Shown here piece after piece: positions 23,649 to 35,236 of a stretch of 64,000 nucleotides of DNA. Numbering within the stretch: the stretch's first letter is position 1; the number at the start of each line of letters is the position of its first letter. Location of the stretch: positions 871,884 through 935,883 of the forward strand of contig MU054001.1 in NCBI GenBank assembly GCA_013239625.1. The letters are read 5' to 3'. Position numbers and translations under genes: made by a program. The notes under the pieces were generated by a model, which worked only from the letters and a program-made list of their open reading frames with translations, did no database searches and was not told the origin of the DNA. This DNA is from Lama guanicoe. Lineage: Eukaryota.

Positions 23649-26600
23649 AAACCTTTCATCAGAAGTCGGGATTAAAATCTCTGGGAAAATACAGCAGGCA
23701 GAAGCGACATGCAGTATTTATTTTCCCCTTGGAAATGTAAACAGTGGCAGGAGTAGATGAAAATATTTAGAGAAGAAACTGACCAGATCCAGTTAAACGC
23801 CCCAAGAAGTGTGGCCTTATGAGGAAGGCTTCGTTGTATACGTGACAACATGTATCACTTATATCTGGCTGCGCCCTGACATGCCCCCAGCTCATCACCA
23901 GGCACACAATCTGGGAGAGCCCAGGGCTCACAGAGACCGATGAGGGCCCCAATACTCCAGTTCAAAGGTTTTGCTGGTATTCGATATGACGAGTCTCAGG
24001 TTATCTCTGTGTTCTGCCTTTCTGGGGTTCGAATCATTCTCTCACCAGCCTAACTCTGCTGTCCTCAGCTTCACTCCCACTCTCCTGACTCGGGGAGAGC
24101 CCACAGGGACCCCCACCAACTGCCACGTAGCCCTGGGTTTCCCCTTCCGATCACCAGCATCTCCGCTGAGGCTGACAAGAACTCCCCAAATGCCCTTGTT
24201 TTAATTATGGATGCTAAAATGGGCCTTTTGGAGAGAACTCTTGTTTGCTCAACGCAAACCTCCCACTCTTCGGCCAGCTTGGGTCTGAGTTCCACGTTTA
24301 AAATTAAATTATGCTTGGGATAATATTGTCTTGAGCTCACAGTTGCTGCCATGGATATTGACAAAGACTTAGCCAGTGTTTTAATAAGAAAACAAAACAC
24401 CAGAAAAGGCGCCCGAGTTTCCAGGCGGATCATTAAGAAACCGCCTTGGAGGCCGGAGGCTGGCGCTGACTGCATCACAGTTCGTCATACAACTTAAACT
24501 TCTTTTGACATCTAGTTATGTCGAAATGTGACTGATCACCTAGGGGCTGGAGCTCCTGAGAGGGAAAAGTTCACTGACAGACAGCCGTGCGCGAAGCAGT
24601 TCTTAAATGAGAATCAAGAGAAAGTAGCATCCGGCCGACCTGACACTCGGCAGCTGCTACCTGGATCCGTCTCACTCAGGCAGGCCTGTTTTGGTGAGTT
24701 CTATTAGCATCTGCATGCTTCTGTCTCATTATCACACATCTGCCCACCTTTATTCCAGTGACGCTGCCTCTCATCTGACAGCTCCGGCATTGTCAAGAAC
24801 TGGGTATTGTGGGAGCAGGGTACAGCCGGCTCACCGTGTTCACTTTTATTTTCTAAAGACTGGTGTACAGTTTGACAGGACTGTGCTGTGGAGGTAAAGG
24901 AGATAATTAACATATCGGGCAGGTCCTAAACAAAGCTGAGGCGTGGATGCCCGGTGAAACCGACATGGCCTAAGCAGGGTCATTTGTGGGACGGGAGAGT
25001 AAAGCCGGTGTGGACCTTCACTCATGGCCTTGTCCCATAGGCCACAGATGAGCTTAACTTCTCGGCATCTCATCTTTAAAAAACAAAAACAGAAACTCCT
25101 GCTTTGATGTTGATCTGCTGAACCATCGACATCCCGAGGTTGGGATCTTCTGCAGGAACATCCCATGTCAGCTGTGCTGGGGGGGGGGTTCTGAACGCAG
25201 ACTCCCCACGGATGGAAGAGTGAGGGGGAGCCCCTGCTGGCCCGCAGTTTCCTCCCATCCTTTAAACAACAGGCAAATGCCACTGCATGTATGTAAAACA
25301 GCAGCCTCACAGAGCCACCTCGAGACTAGAAATCTAGCAGCGCACCTGCCACCCAGGAACCCGCAGAGGTGATGCTGAACGCGCCAGGTCGTCCGATTGG
25401 AGGGCTTCGGGGTTCTGCACTCAGTCCAGTTGCCAAAGGAACTGGCTTTCCCCCCTTGCCTGCTGGCCTCTTCCTTAGGGAAAAGGAAGCTCCCTCTGTG
25501 TTCAGATCATCTTGGGTTCTGAAGGGCTGGGAGCCCTTTTGAGTCGAGTTCTAGATGAAGACTGAGGTCCTTGGCACCAGAGAGATAAAGGATAAAACAC
25601 CATCCCTCTGAAGGGAGGGAAACCCCAGCCCCCTGCTTCCCAGACCCTGCTAACACAGAGGAAACAATAGAATTTGGCAGAGAGGGCGAAAGATGCCCAC
25701 TGAGACTTAGACCCCAAGGGGCCCCAAATGGTGTCCCCAGCGAGCCCCAGCCAGCCTAAGAAGCTGGTGTGTGCAGATGCATTTAGAGCCATTTAGGAAA
25801 CTCCCAGCTTCCTTCCCCGTGCTCTCGGCTTTCATCCCTCTGATATTTCTTTGTTCTCCGGCTCGCTGAGGGTTTGTATGGGTTAATGGAAAAATTACTG
25901 TTATTTTGCAACAATGCAATCAAAGTCAGTTCAGCAAACCCTGATAAAGTGAGAATAGCTTATTCAGTAGAAGCTGGCAGGCCTGAACTCACAATTGCAA
26001 AGTTTGAATACAAAATAAGATATTCCCCCTTTAAAAAAAAAAGAGAGAGAGAGAGACAGAATCCGTTGTCATTCATGCTAAAAAGGCATTACAGACTGTC
26101 GACACTGTACAGAAAAATAGGAGATGTTGACCTTTTTATTATAGACTTTTCTCTCCTGTTGCCCTTCTTTCAGCGGCACATCGCGCCCCCCGCTCCCCCC
26201 CCACCCCCCTCTGCACTCACACACACTCTTTTCAGCTGTATGTTATCTCAAATAATTACCCTCGCTTCTGGCTGTCCCTGGTGACTTCTGCTGCTAAAAA
26301 AGCTACTCATTGTCGGAGACTGAAGAGGGATTTCAAACCTGCTTCTTGTGGCCGGGCAACGGCTCTTAATTAACCACTCAGGTATTGGGGAAGCTCCCAG
26401 CCCAGTTCGCTTCCATATGGCTGGAACATGTCCTCAGTGATAATCACGGAAGGAAATATTGTATCAAAAAAGAGCTCACACACCCGAAAGCTTGTGCAAA
26501 TTATTTTTAATGATTCTTCTCTGGTGAGTCGGCTTATTTGTTATTTCAAGCTGAGAGAGGGAGAGAGAGAGAAATGCATTTGTCCTTGACCCAAATCCCC

Positions 26601-26959
26601 CCCAGTACACACCCCTGAGGCCCCACCCCCACCCCAATCTGATCCCCGACACTGTCACAAAGAGGGAACCCCACCCCAGTGGCAAAGCCCCTCCAGACGC
26701 CAGAGAAAGCTTTTCTCACCGTGATGATTTTCATCAGCTTTTGTTTCTATTGGGTGCCTGGCTCTTCTGGAACACACACAGATACACACATACACACATG
26801 CCGAATTCACAGAATTTCCAACAGCAAGTGATTTTATGGAACTCGGGGAGTGAGCTGTTTGGCAGTCCTTCACATAGTCATGCCTCTGGTATTTCTTGCT
26901 TTAAATAATCCAGGAGGTGTAGGGGTGAAGCGGGAGGCTGGCTGCGAGTGGAGGTGGTG

Positions 26960-27720
26960 AAGTTTATAAATCTAATTAAAAATGAAGTTGCATTTACATT
27001 TTAAAAAACCACCCATCCACCAGCCTACTGTGTCACCAGACATTATATATGATTTTACTTTGCGACAGAAACCATTACATTTAAAAATTCATTACAGCAA
27101 GGTTAGTTAGACACATGATGGATGCAGCTTTAATCCTGCCATATATTATTACAGTTCAAATGTAAATGATGAAAAATATTTTGTGCTTATCAGCATTTAT
27201 GTGGAAATGTGTTCTACAGTGATATATGGTGTTATATTTCTATTATTGTGATGAAAAAGAAAGCAATACAAAAAGATGAAGTGTTTATTAAAACATGGTT
27301 ACTTGTGATAACGTATTTCTGTTGTACATGACTTTAAACATATTCACTGAGGGCATTTGTCCAAAACAACTGTGAAATGTATTTGCTGTGCGAATCGGGC
27401 TAAGTTTTTTCTTCTGGTTACAGCTCTTTTTAATAGACTAATATTAATTCAAAGTCATGTAGAACGCTGTGAAGTTGGCAACCCCGCTTCCCTTCTGATG
27501 CGGTTCAACATGCACGTGTGTGTGTGTGTGTGTTTAGAGACAGAGGCTGTGGCTATTAAAAGAAGGCTTGCGTGTTTATTTGGTACAATCATCCAGAGGA
27601 AATCGAGCCACCCAATGGAATGATGTTTCCAAAGTGATGTCATCGAGGGCACAACAAAATCCTAGTCAAGCTGTAATTAACATAATGGAAAAGTAATACC
27701 AAACGTCACTTTCCAATCAG
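26960..27720. promoter_or_regulatory. Candidate conserved non-coding element (AT-rich, PBX-HOX and K50-homeodomain sites)
   Basis: TAATTA 26973, TGATGGATG 27116, TAATCC 27131; complex AT-rich non-repeat sequence. Confidence 0.45.
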
Positions 27721-29149
27721 GTGTGCATCACAAAAAAACGAAAAGGCCGCATTGGGTCCATCGGTGGTTCCGTCAGGACACAGGAATGTTTTCGTTGTGA
27801 CCGTGGAAGAATTGATGGGGGCCAGAGCCCTGCAAGTCTCAGATACTGTGCCGGACGGGAAAGTTCCCTCCTGACTCTCCTTTTGCCAAGTTCACTCACA
27901 ATGTGGTTCCTGCCTCCTGCTCCCCTCCTTTTTTTTTTTCGCCAGCTCCAGAACAATAGTACATCCAACTACAAAATGACATAGAATACAAAAAGAAAAT
28001 AAACCCTCCTCAGCAACCAAAAAAAAAAAAAAAAAGAAAATTTATTACTATACCCTATTTAAAGAAAATGCACATGACAAAAGGCCTTCCTACAGATGCT
28101 CTGCTCGCTCTCTCTCTCTCTCTCGTCATTTTAGGACAAGGTGCTTAATATTTCACCCAAGCGTCCTTCCCCCCCAAAACTTTAGTGTTAGAATATTGTC
28201 GTAGTGATAACCAGGATTTGTGCCCATCAGAGGGAGGTCCAGGGTACCTGATGCGTTATGTAAATTATAACTCTTTCTCCCACCTCCTGTTGATGACAGA
28301 TCTTGTAATAGATTTGGAATTGACCAGACTTGGAAATCGGTTCCAGTTTTCCTTCTTTCATTCAGTGTCCCTAGTGTCTCCGGTGGGTAAGTGGGTGGGG
28401 GTGAGGGCAACATAGGCTGAATGCAAATTTCCATCAGGCTTCTGCCCTGGTCCCTTCGGCTTGCCCTCCCTACATCTGCTGGTGGGGGGATGGCATTGTG
28501 AACACCAGCACTGCAAAGTTTCACACCCTTCGGGGCTACCTTTGGCACAGGAAGCCAGGACCGGGCGAGCCAACGATAATACAGGCCTCGGTATTTCCTA
28601 TCTCAGCATTCTCCCTCGCTTGGCTCCTTGGCCGCCCTGAGTTGTTATCTTTAGGAAGTCCAAGGTGGGGGAGATGGAGCGCTTATCTGGCTCCCATCCT
28701 AGTTACAGACATGAAACTCCTCCCTGTACACCTTGGGAACATTGTCACAGAGGGGTCACATCCGCTCCGATGCGACGCCGGTGACTGAGTGGGCCCGTGA
28801 CCTACACTGTCCTTCACCTCCCTTTGTTTGAGGCATAAAACCGACTCAGCTGATTTCCTTCAAAGCACAGGTTATAGGATTTGTGCAAATGTCTCCCCAT
28901 TCGATCAGGAAAGGAAGAGCTCCTACACCCTCGGTAAGGCACCGTCTTCCCTTGTGTTGCTCCTTATTTGCTTGTCCTTTTGAATATTTTAGTTTTTTAT
29001 TTTCAACAGACACATGCACGCGCGCGAGCGCGTTCTCAAAGAAACAGGGGCTCTCAAAACAACTCACCCAAAGCAAACCTCTTTAGTCAATTTCCCTGCT
29101 TTGCAAATTTCCCCAAGCTAGGATCCCAGAAGCTGTGGGCTGACCCGGG

Positions 29150-29500
29150 GTTGCCCTATTAAATGTATTTATTTCTTTGAGCTGAAGAATATTTGCTGAA
29201 AGCTGGATTATCACTTGGTAGACCACCAGCAGCTGTTGAAAACCAGGGCATAAAAGCTTGTTTATGTCTTTAATGGCCCACTTAATGATGGAGCAAGTAT
29301 GTTATTCATAATAAAATGCCAAGGAATAATCTTAATACCCCAATGCATGGCGCTAGTGAATTAGGAAACATCTGCTATGTCATAAAAGAACATTTTATTT
29401 GGGGTCTACATTAAAAACATGATTCCGCGGAATTCTACTGATTTATATTGTACACAACAAATTATGATGTCTTGAAGTAATTAGACTTTACAATTAAACC
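29150..29500. promoter_or_regulatory. Candidate enhancer (HOX/CDX and PBX-HOX motifs)
   Basis: GGCATAAAA, TTTAATGGCC, GTCATAAAA, TGATTTAT and CAGCTG within about 220 bp. Confidence 0.45.
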
Positions 29501-30352
29501 TACAAGGGGCCACTCTTGGAAAGAAAAGAAAAATCCTGCCCGGTCTTCATCACTCAAGATCATTTCAGCACATACTGTGGCCTTGCTTCAGTACATTTCA
29601 CCAAAGTGATGTTTAAAATCTCTCTTGGCTTCTGTGCCTCTCCAAGGAAGATAACTGGGCTGAATGGTCCTCCTGAAATCGCAACTGCAGAATAAAATGG
29701 CTGTTTGGATTCAAGAAGAAAAATGTAAAAAACAAGTTTTTGCTGTCTGTCTCTTGTGTGACTCTGACTTGGAGGCTTATTTTAATGTTGCTCAAGAGAG
29801 GAAAATCCAGAATGTGGGCCTACTGGGGATGAAGAGGATCCCCCCCAACCCCGATCCCCACCACAGGCTGTATGTGTGCTGGAGAGGAATGTGGGGACAG
29901 GAAGAGGCAGGGAGGTACACCCTCAGAGGGAGCGATGCCGGGAGTCTGGGGCGGAGTGGCCCTAGAGATGTCCCTGAAAGGAGGAGGGTGCTGAAGGGAC
30001 AGGGTGTGGCCAGCCCAATCCCAGCCCTACGCCCGCGGCTCCCTGTGGCATCTGTCTCCAACACACCCGCTATCACACCAGGAAGCCGCGTGTCACCACC
30101 TCCGTGCCCAACACCACTTCTGAGTCCAGGGACAAGTCTATTGCTTCCTGGAGCTAGGTCCTCAGAAAGGCACACATAGCAAGAGGAAAGATGAGTTATT
30201 TTAAAAGCTGGCTGCAGAGCAAGCTGGTTGTCCAAGGACGGTGGCTCTTGACCTGCGCTGCTTTAGGGGATAACCCAGACCAATGGGGAGACCTGTGCCA
30301 GACTCCACCCCCCAGGGATTTGGTTGCGTTGGTCTGAGGTGCCCTCCCCAAC

Positions 30353-30354
<2 letters not shown>

Positions 30355-30384
<30 letters not shown>
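30355..30384. repeat. (CA)15 microsatellite
   Basis: Direct reading. Confidence 0.95.
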
Positions 30385-30387
<3 letters not shown>

Positions 30388-30407
30388 GTATGCATTGGTA
30401 ATTTTTT

Positions 30408-30501
30408 TTAACTGAAGTACCATCAGTTACAATGTGTCAATTTCTGATGTACAGCACAATGTCCTAGTCATGCATATACATACATTTATTTGTTTTCAAT
30501 T
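30408..30501 (-). mobile_element. Very short camelid-type L1 3' tail with 15-bp TSD
   Basis: actgaagtac...ttacaatgtgtcaatttctgatgtacagcacaatgtcctagtcatgcatatacatac; TSD cattggtaatttttt at 30393-30407 and 30502-30516. Confidence 0.8.
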
Positions 30502-30661
30502 CATTGGTAATTTTTTAAAAGCTCCCCCATCGTTCTCATGTGCAGCCAGGGTCAAAAACTACTGCTTTAGGGAGATCAGATTTTTTTTAAACATGGGTGG
30601 CACTTTTGTGAGGCAAACATCTCTGTAAGTTATTTTTTGTTTTAGAAAGTGAAGTTGCCTG

Positions 30662-31627
30662 CTGTTAGTGGGGATGTTAAATGTTTCATTGTTTGTTTTC
30701 TTTTTTGTTTTTTATTTTGTTTTTTAAATTGTAGTATAGTTGATATACAATGTTGTGTTCATTTCTGGTATACAGCATAGTGATTCAGTCCTATATATAT
30801 ACACACACACACATACATACATACATATTCTTTTTCATTATAGGTAATATAAGATATTGAATATAGTTCCTGGTGCTATACAGTATGACCTTGTTGTTTA
30901 TCTATTTTATGTATAGTAGTATGTAACTGCTAATCCCAAACTGCTAACTTACCCCTTCCCCCCTTTCCTTTTTTATAACCCTACATTTATTTTCTATGTC
31001 TCTGAGTCTATTTCTGTTTTGTAAATAAGTTCATTTGTGTCATTTTTTTTTAGATTCCACATATAAGTGATATCTGTCTTTGTCTGACTTCACTTAATAT
31101 GATCATCTCTCGGTCCATCCATGTGGCTGCAAATGGCATTATTTCATTCTTTTTTATGGCTGAGGGGTAGGGAATGTTAAGTGCTGTCACTACAGATGAC
31201 AGTATGGTGGTTCCTCAAACAATTAAACATCGAATTACCATATGATCCAATAATTCTACTTCGGAGTAGAGTCGAAAGCAGGGTCCTGAGAAGGTGTTTG
31301 TGCACTGATGTTTATGGCAGCGTTATCCACAAGAGCCAAAAATGGAAGTCACCCAGTGACTATCAGTGGATGGAGGGTAAACCAAACTTGGTCTATCCGT
31401 ACAATGAATATTAGTCAGCCTTAGAAAGAAAGGAACTTGTGACATATGTCACAACATGGATGAAACTTGAGGACATTATGCTGAGTGAATAAAGCTGGTC
31501 ATGAAAAGGCAAAAACTGTGGGATTCCACTTAAAGGAGGTACTTAATGCTACTGAACTGTAGACTTAAAAAGTGGCTAAGGTGGTAAATTTTGTACATTT
31601 ATTTTACCACAATTTTTTAAAATATCA
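30662..31627 (+). mobile_element. L1MB-like 3' fragment (hosts a younger L1)
   Basis: cagtatggtggttcctcaaacaattaaacatcgaattaccatatgatcca...acaacatggatgaaacttgaggacattatgctgagtgaa...ttttaccacaatttttt; TSD-like aaagtgaagttgcctg 30646-30661 / aaagtgaggctgcctg 31628-31643. Confidence 0.8.
30690..31164 (-). mobile_element. Cetartiodactyl/camelid L1 3' end, antisense
   Basis: T-rich tail, then agtatagttgatatacaatgttgtg...aagatattgaatatagttcc...ttagattccacatataagtgata...gctgcaaatggcattatttcattctttttt. Confidence 0.9.
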
Positions 31628-31694
31628 AAAGTGAGGCTGCCTGGGCTCCTCGAGAGAGAGCTAATGAGTCTCATAGTGAAGTAAGACTAGTAGC

Positions 31695-32002
31695 ACTAAC
31701 TTTGGTCTCTGTAAAGGACCAGTTATTTCAGGCTTTCTCAACCAAAGTTCTCTGCTGCAAATACTCACCTCCACTACAGAAGCGCCAAAGCAGCGCCAGA
31801 CGACACAAAGTTAGATTCCAATAAGACTTTATTTATCAACACTGAAATTTGAATTTCACATCATTTTCACATGTCACAAAATCTTACTCTTTTGCTGATT
31901 TTTCCCCAGCTATTTTAAAATGTAAATGTAAAAACCATTCCCGGCTTGGCAGGCTCTACCCAAACAGGGCAGGACTGGCCCATGGGTCATGCCGACCACT
32001 TG
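31695..32002 (+). mobile_element. MER58B-like (hAT-Charlie)
   Basis: ctgtaaaggaccag...ttccaataagactttattt...cactgaaatttgaatttcacatcattttcacatgtcacaaaat...aatgtaaaaaccattc. Confidence 0.8.
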
Positions 32003-32440
32003 TCTACACTCTACTCCTGGCACCTAAAACCCTGGAACTTTCCATCCAATTGTCCAAGCCCATAATCAGAGCTGCTCAGATCTGCTCTGTGAGGGTTAAC
32101 TGTGCCACAGCCATGGGCTGAGTGTGAGGAGTGTGGACAGAGATACGATGTAAGTCCACACATGTGAGCTGGAGGCACCCAGCACCATCCGGGATGTGCG
32201 GGGCCTGGGACAGGGAGAGGAAGAAGGTGAGCTGTAGGCCTGATGCTGTGGAGCTAAGATTCTCAAGTTGAAGATGCCTTCCAGGTGGCTGCCAAGTTCT
32301 CTGTGTCAAGGTAGATGGATAGAATGCTTTCAAAGATGTTATTTAGAATATTTAAAAGTTTTAAGTCATGGGACTTCTGGTAAGTGGGCCTCCCTCTCTT
32401 TGTGTCCCAGGCTGTAGAAAGGTTAAGAGTGGGCCACCCC

Positions 32441-33055
32441 CATATATCTGGAGAAAACTCTAATTTGTAAATGCATGCACCCCAACATTCATAGCAGTAC
32501 TATTTACAATAGCTAAGTCATAGAAGCTACCTAAATGTCCATTGACAGATGACTGGATAAAGAAGTTGTGGTATATATACACAATGGAACACTACTCAGC
32601 CGTGAAAAAGAATGAAATAATGCCATTTGCAAAAACATGGATAGACCTAGTGGTTATCATACTAAGTGAAGTCAGACAGAGAAAGACAAATATCACATGA
32701 TATCATTTATACGTGGAATCTGAAAAAATGACACAAATGAACTTGTTTACAAAACAGAAAGAGAATCACACACTAGAAAACAGACTTACAGTTACCAAAG
32801 GGAAAGGGCGGGGGGAGGGTTAAATTAGGAGTTTGGGATTTGCTGATAATAACTACTACATATAAAATGGATAAACAAGGCCCCACTGTATAGCACAGGG
32901 AACTATATTCAATATCTTGTAATAAGCTATAATGAAAAAGAATTTGGAAAAGAATATATATATATATACACACACACATACATATATCTCACTATGCTGT
33001 ACACCAGAAATTAATACAACATTGTAAATCAACAATACTTCAATTAAAAAAAAAA
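32441..33055 (+). mobile_element. Cetartiodactyl/camelid L1, 5'-truncated (ORF2 end, 3' UTR, A-tail)
   Basis: catatatctggagaaaactctaatt...aaagaatgaaataatgccatttgc...tagcacagggaactatattcaatatcttgtaata...acattgtaaatcaacaatacttcaattaaaaaa; degenerate TSD aagagtgggccacccc / aagactaggcccacccc. Confidence 0.9.
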
Positions 33056-34189
33056 GACTAGGCCCACCCCCCATTATTCTTAAACTCTCAATAGGATCTG
33101 CCTCTCAGAGCAGATGGGGTGATGGCTCTTTGGAGGATGACGGGAAAGGAGCTGAGCCAGGAGTGGGCATGGTGGCAGGTGCCAGCCTGGCACGGGACTT
33201 CAGAGTGACAGAAAGAGGGGACCATCCTCAGGAGTCCTCAGACCTCCTGGGAGAGGCTGGCATTTCCTCAGGGGCAGATGCGTAAGGCTTTTCATTTGGA
33301 TATTAAAGAAAAAGGGGGCAGTGAAGCACGGGGCCCCACTTGGGTCTGCAAGAGGATCCTGAATTCTCAGCATCCCCATTGCAGGCTGTGGGTCTGCAGC
33401 TGGTCAGGTTTCAAGTCTGGTGAGACACAGTCAAAGGCTTTGTTCCCCACCCCCAGCACCACCATGGATGTCTCTCTGGGCTAGTTCTATCCTTTTCTGC
33501 CAGCTCATCTTTTAATTCTCTAAGTGCAGTTAAAGCTTCTGTCCAACCACCAGCCTTTGCCTAGATGGAAGCTGGCAGCTAAGAGGGAAGATGCATCCAT
33601 AAAACTGCTCCAGAGACACATCCCAGCTGTGTGAAGTGAAGGGCTGTGTGGACCAGCACACGGCACTGAAGCAGGAGTGGAAACACCCCAGTGGTCCTTT
33701 GGCCATCCCGCCACCACTGGCCAGCATAAACAGAGCCAAGCAGGCCTTAACATACATACACTCACTGAAGAGGGTCCACATGCCAGCTCCATACATTGCA
33801 GGCATCTGATGGGTTTAATAAAAGCAAAAGCAAGCAAACAAGCAAGTAAACAAAGTTCGCATGCCACCCATGTCCTGTCGCATCCAAAGTCTGTCCTTGA
33901 GGCTGCTGTGACCTGACCCCAACCCGGCACCTCCAGCCTTGTCTCCCCCAAGGTCATCACACTCTCCTCCAGCTAGACTCACCTACTCATGTTTCCCAAG
34001 TCAGTCTGATGTTTCCCAACCTCTGTCTCCTTATTCATACTGTCCCAACCCCTCAGAATTCCTTTCACATTCAACCTCACCTCTCAGTACCTTTAGGCCC
34101 CAGCTTGTTCATCAAATGAAGATTTCATCACTTCTTCCTTTGTGTGAACCTCAGAGTCAGCGCCCGGTAATCTGCCTTGGGTCTGGCGG

Positions 34190-34360
34190 TTAAGCCAGAT
34201 AGTAATTCTACCTGTATGATCCTGGGGATTTGTGCGACCTCTCAGGGTCTCAGTTTCCTCCTCTGTAAAATGGGAATGTGAACAGATGTGCTGGCATCAC
34301 GTTGTTGGAGGAGTCATCAGATGCATGGGGCCTGGCTCAGTCAATGGCGGCTGCCATCAC
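34190..34360 (+). mobile_element. MIR SINE
   Basis: gtctcagtttcctcctctgtaaaatgggaat. Confidence 0.75.
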
Positions 34361-34669
34361 TCATAGAGCTAGGTGGGTACCGACCAGGATTCTCACTAGA
34401 CTGCAGGCAGCGTTAGCGTGAGGACTGAGCCTAATGCACCTCGTAGGTGAGTCACATCAATGGGCCCTTAATCCGCAGTTGCTCCCCTGAATTCGACCTT
34501 ATACTCTTGAAAGGGGCTCACCAGATTATAAAGGCATGGATCCTTCCTCTTAAATGCGGCTGCCATTCTAGAATTATCCTGGCTCCCGGAGCTCCAGCAG
34601 GAAGTAGGAGGGGACAAAAATCAGGGCCACTTTCTTTAAGGACATCTCTCAGGAATTGTACATACTACT

Positions 34670-34840
34670 GCTGTTAGTGATTGGCTGGCCAGAGCTTAGT
34701 CACATGGCCACATTTAGCTGTGAGGGACCCAGGATAACCTAGTGTTTGTTCTAGATGGACAGATGGCCAATGGAAAATTGAGATTGTTTTTCGGAGGGAG
34801 AAAATGAGAACGGTAATTGGGGTCAGTAAGAAGTGTCTAC
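34670..34840 (-). mobile_element. MLT1 LTR fragment
   Basis: attggctggccagagcttagtcacatggccacatttagctg. Confidence 0.55.
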
Positions 34841-34859
34841 CCTATTGTGAAATACCTCT

Positions 34860-35142
34860 ATTGTTTCTTTTACTTTAAGCATATTATAAGTTTATCAAAG
34901 TAATACAGGCACATAACTGAAATGGTCAAATAATGCTAAAAGGTTTATAATGGAAAGACAACGTTTTTCACTACTCATCCCATTCCACCTCTCCAGAAGC
35001 ATCAACTTTAATTCTTTTAGTGGTTTCTTCAGGCTTTAACCTCCACATTTCTAACATAATGTGATGATACAGCTATCTCCTGATTCATTAATTTTAGGCT
35101 TTTTGTATTGACTTTCTACTTTGGTAAATAAGGATTTGGCTT

Positions 35143-35236
<94 letters not shown>

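Larger units (their letters stand above)
30238..30565. mobile_element. MER5A (hAT-Charlie), interrupted by (CA)15 and an L1 tail
   Basis: ccagactccacccccagggattt...ttggtctgaggtg and ttttttaaaagctcccc...ttctcatgtgcagccagggtcaaaaactactg. Confidence 0.75.

Noticed and set aside
24425..24435. GCGGATCATTA resembling the 3' end of 18S rRNA, inside a short AGGCGG...CCGCCT inverted repeat
   Set aside because: Only about 9-11 nt match with no flanking rRNA similarity; stem too short to call an RNA
31181..31414. ORF resembling the L1 ORF2 C-terminus (WWFLKQLNIELPYDP)
   Set aside because: Decayed L1MB remnant with frameshifts; not a host gene or active element
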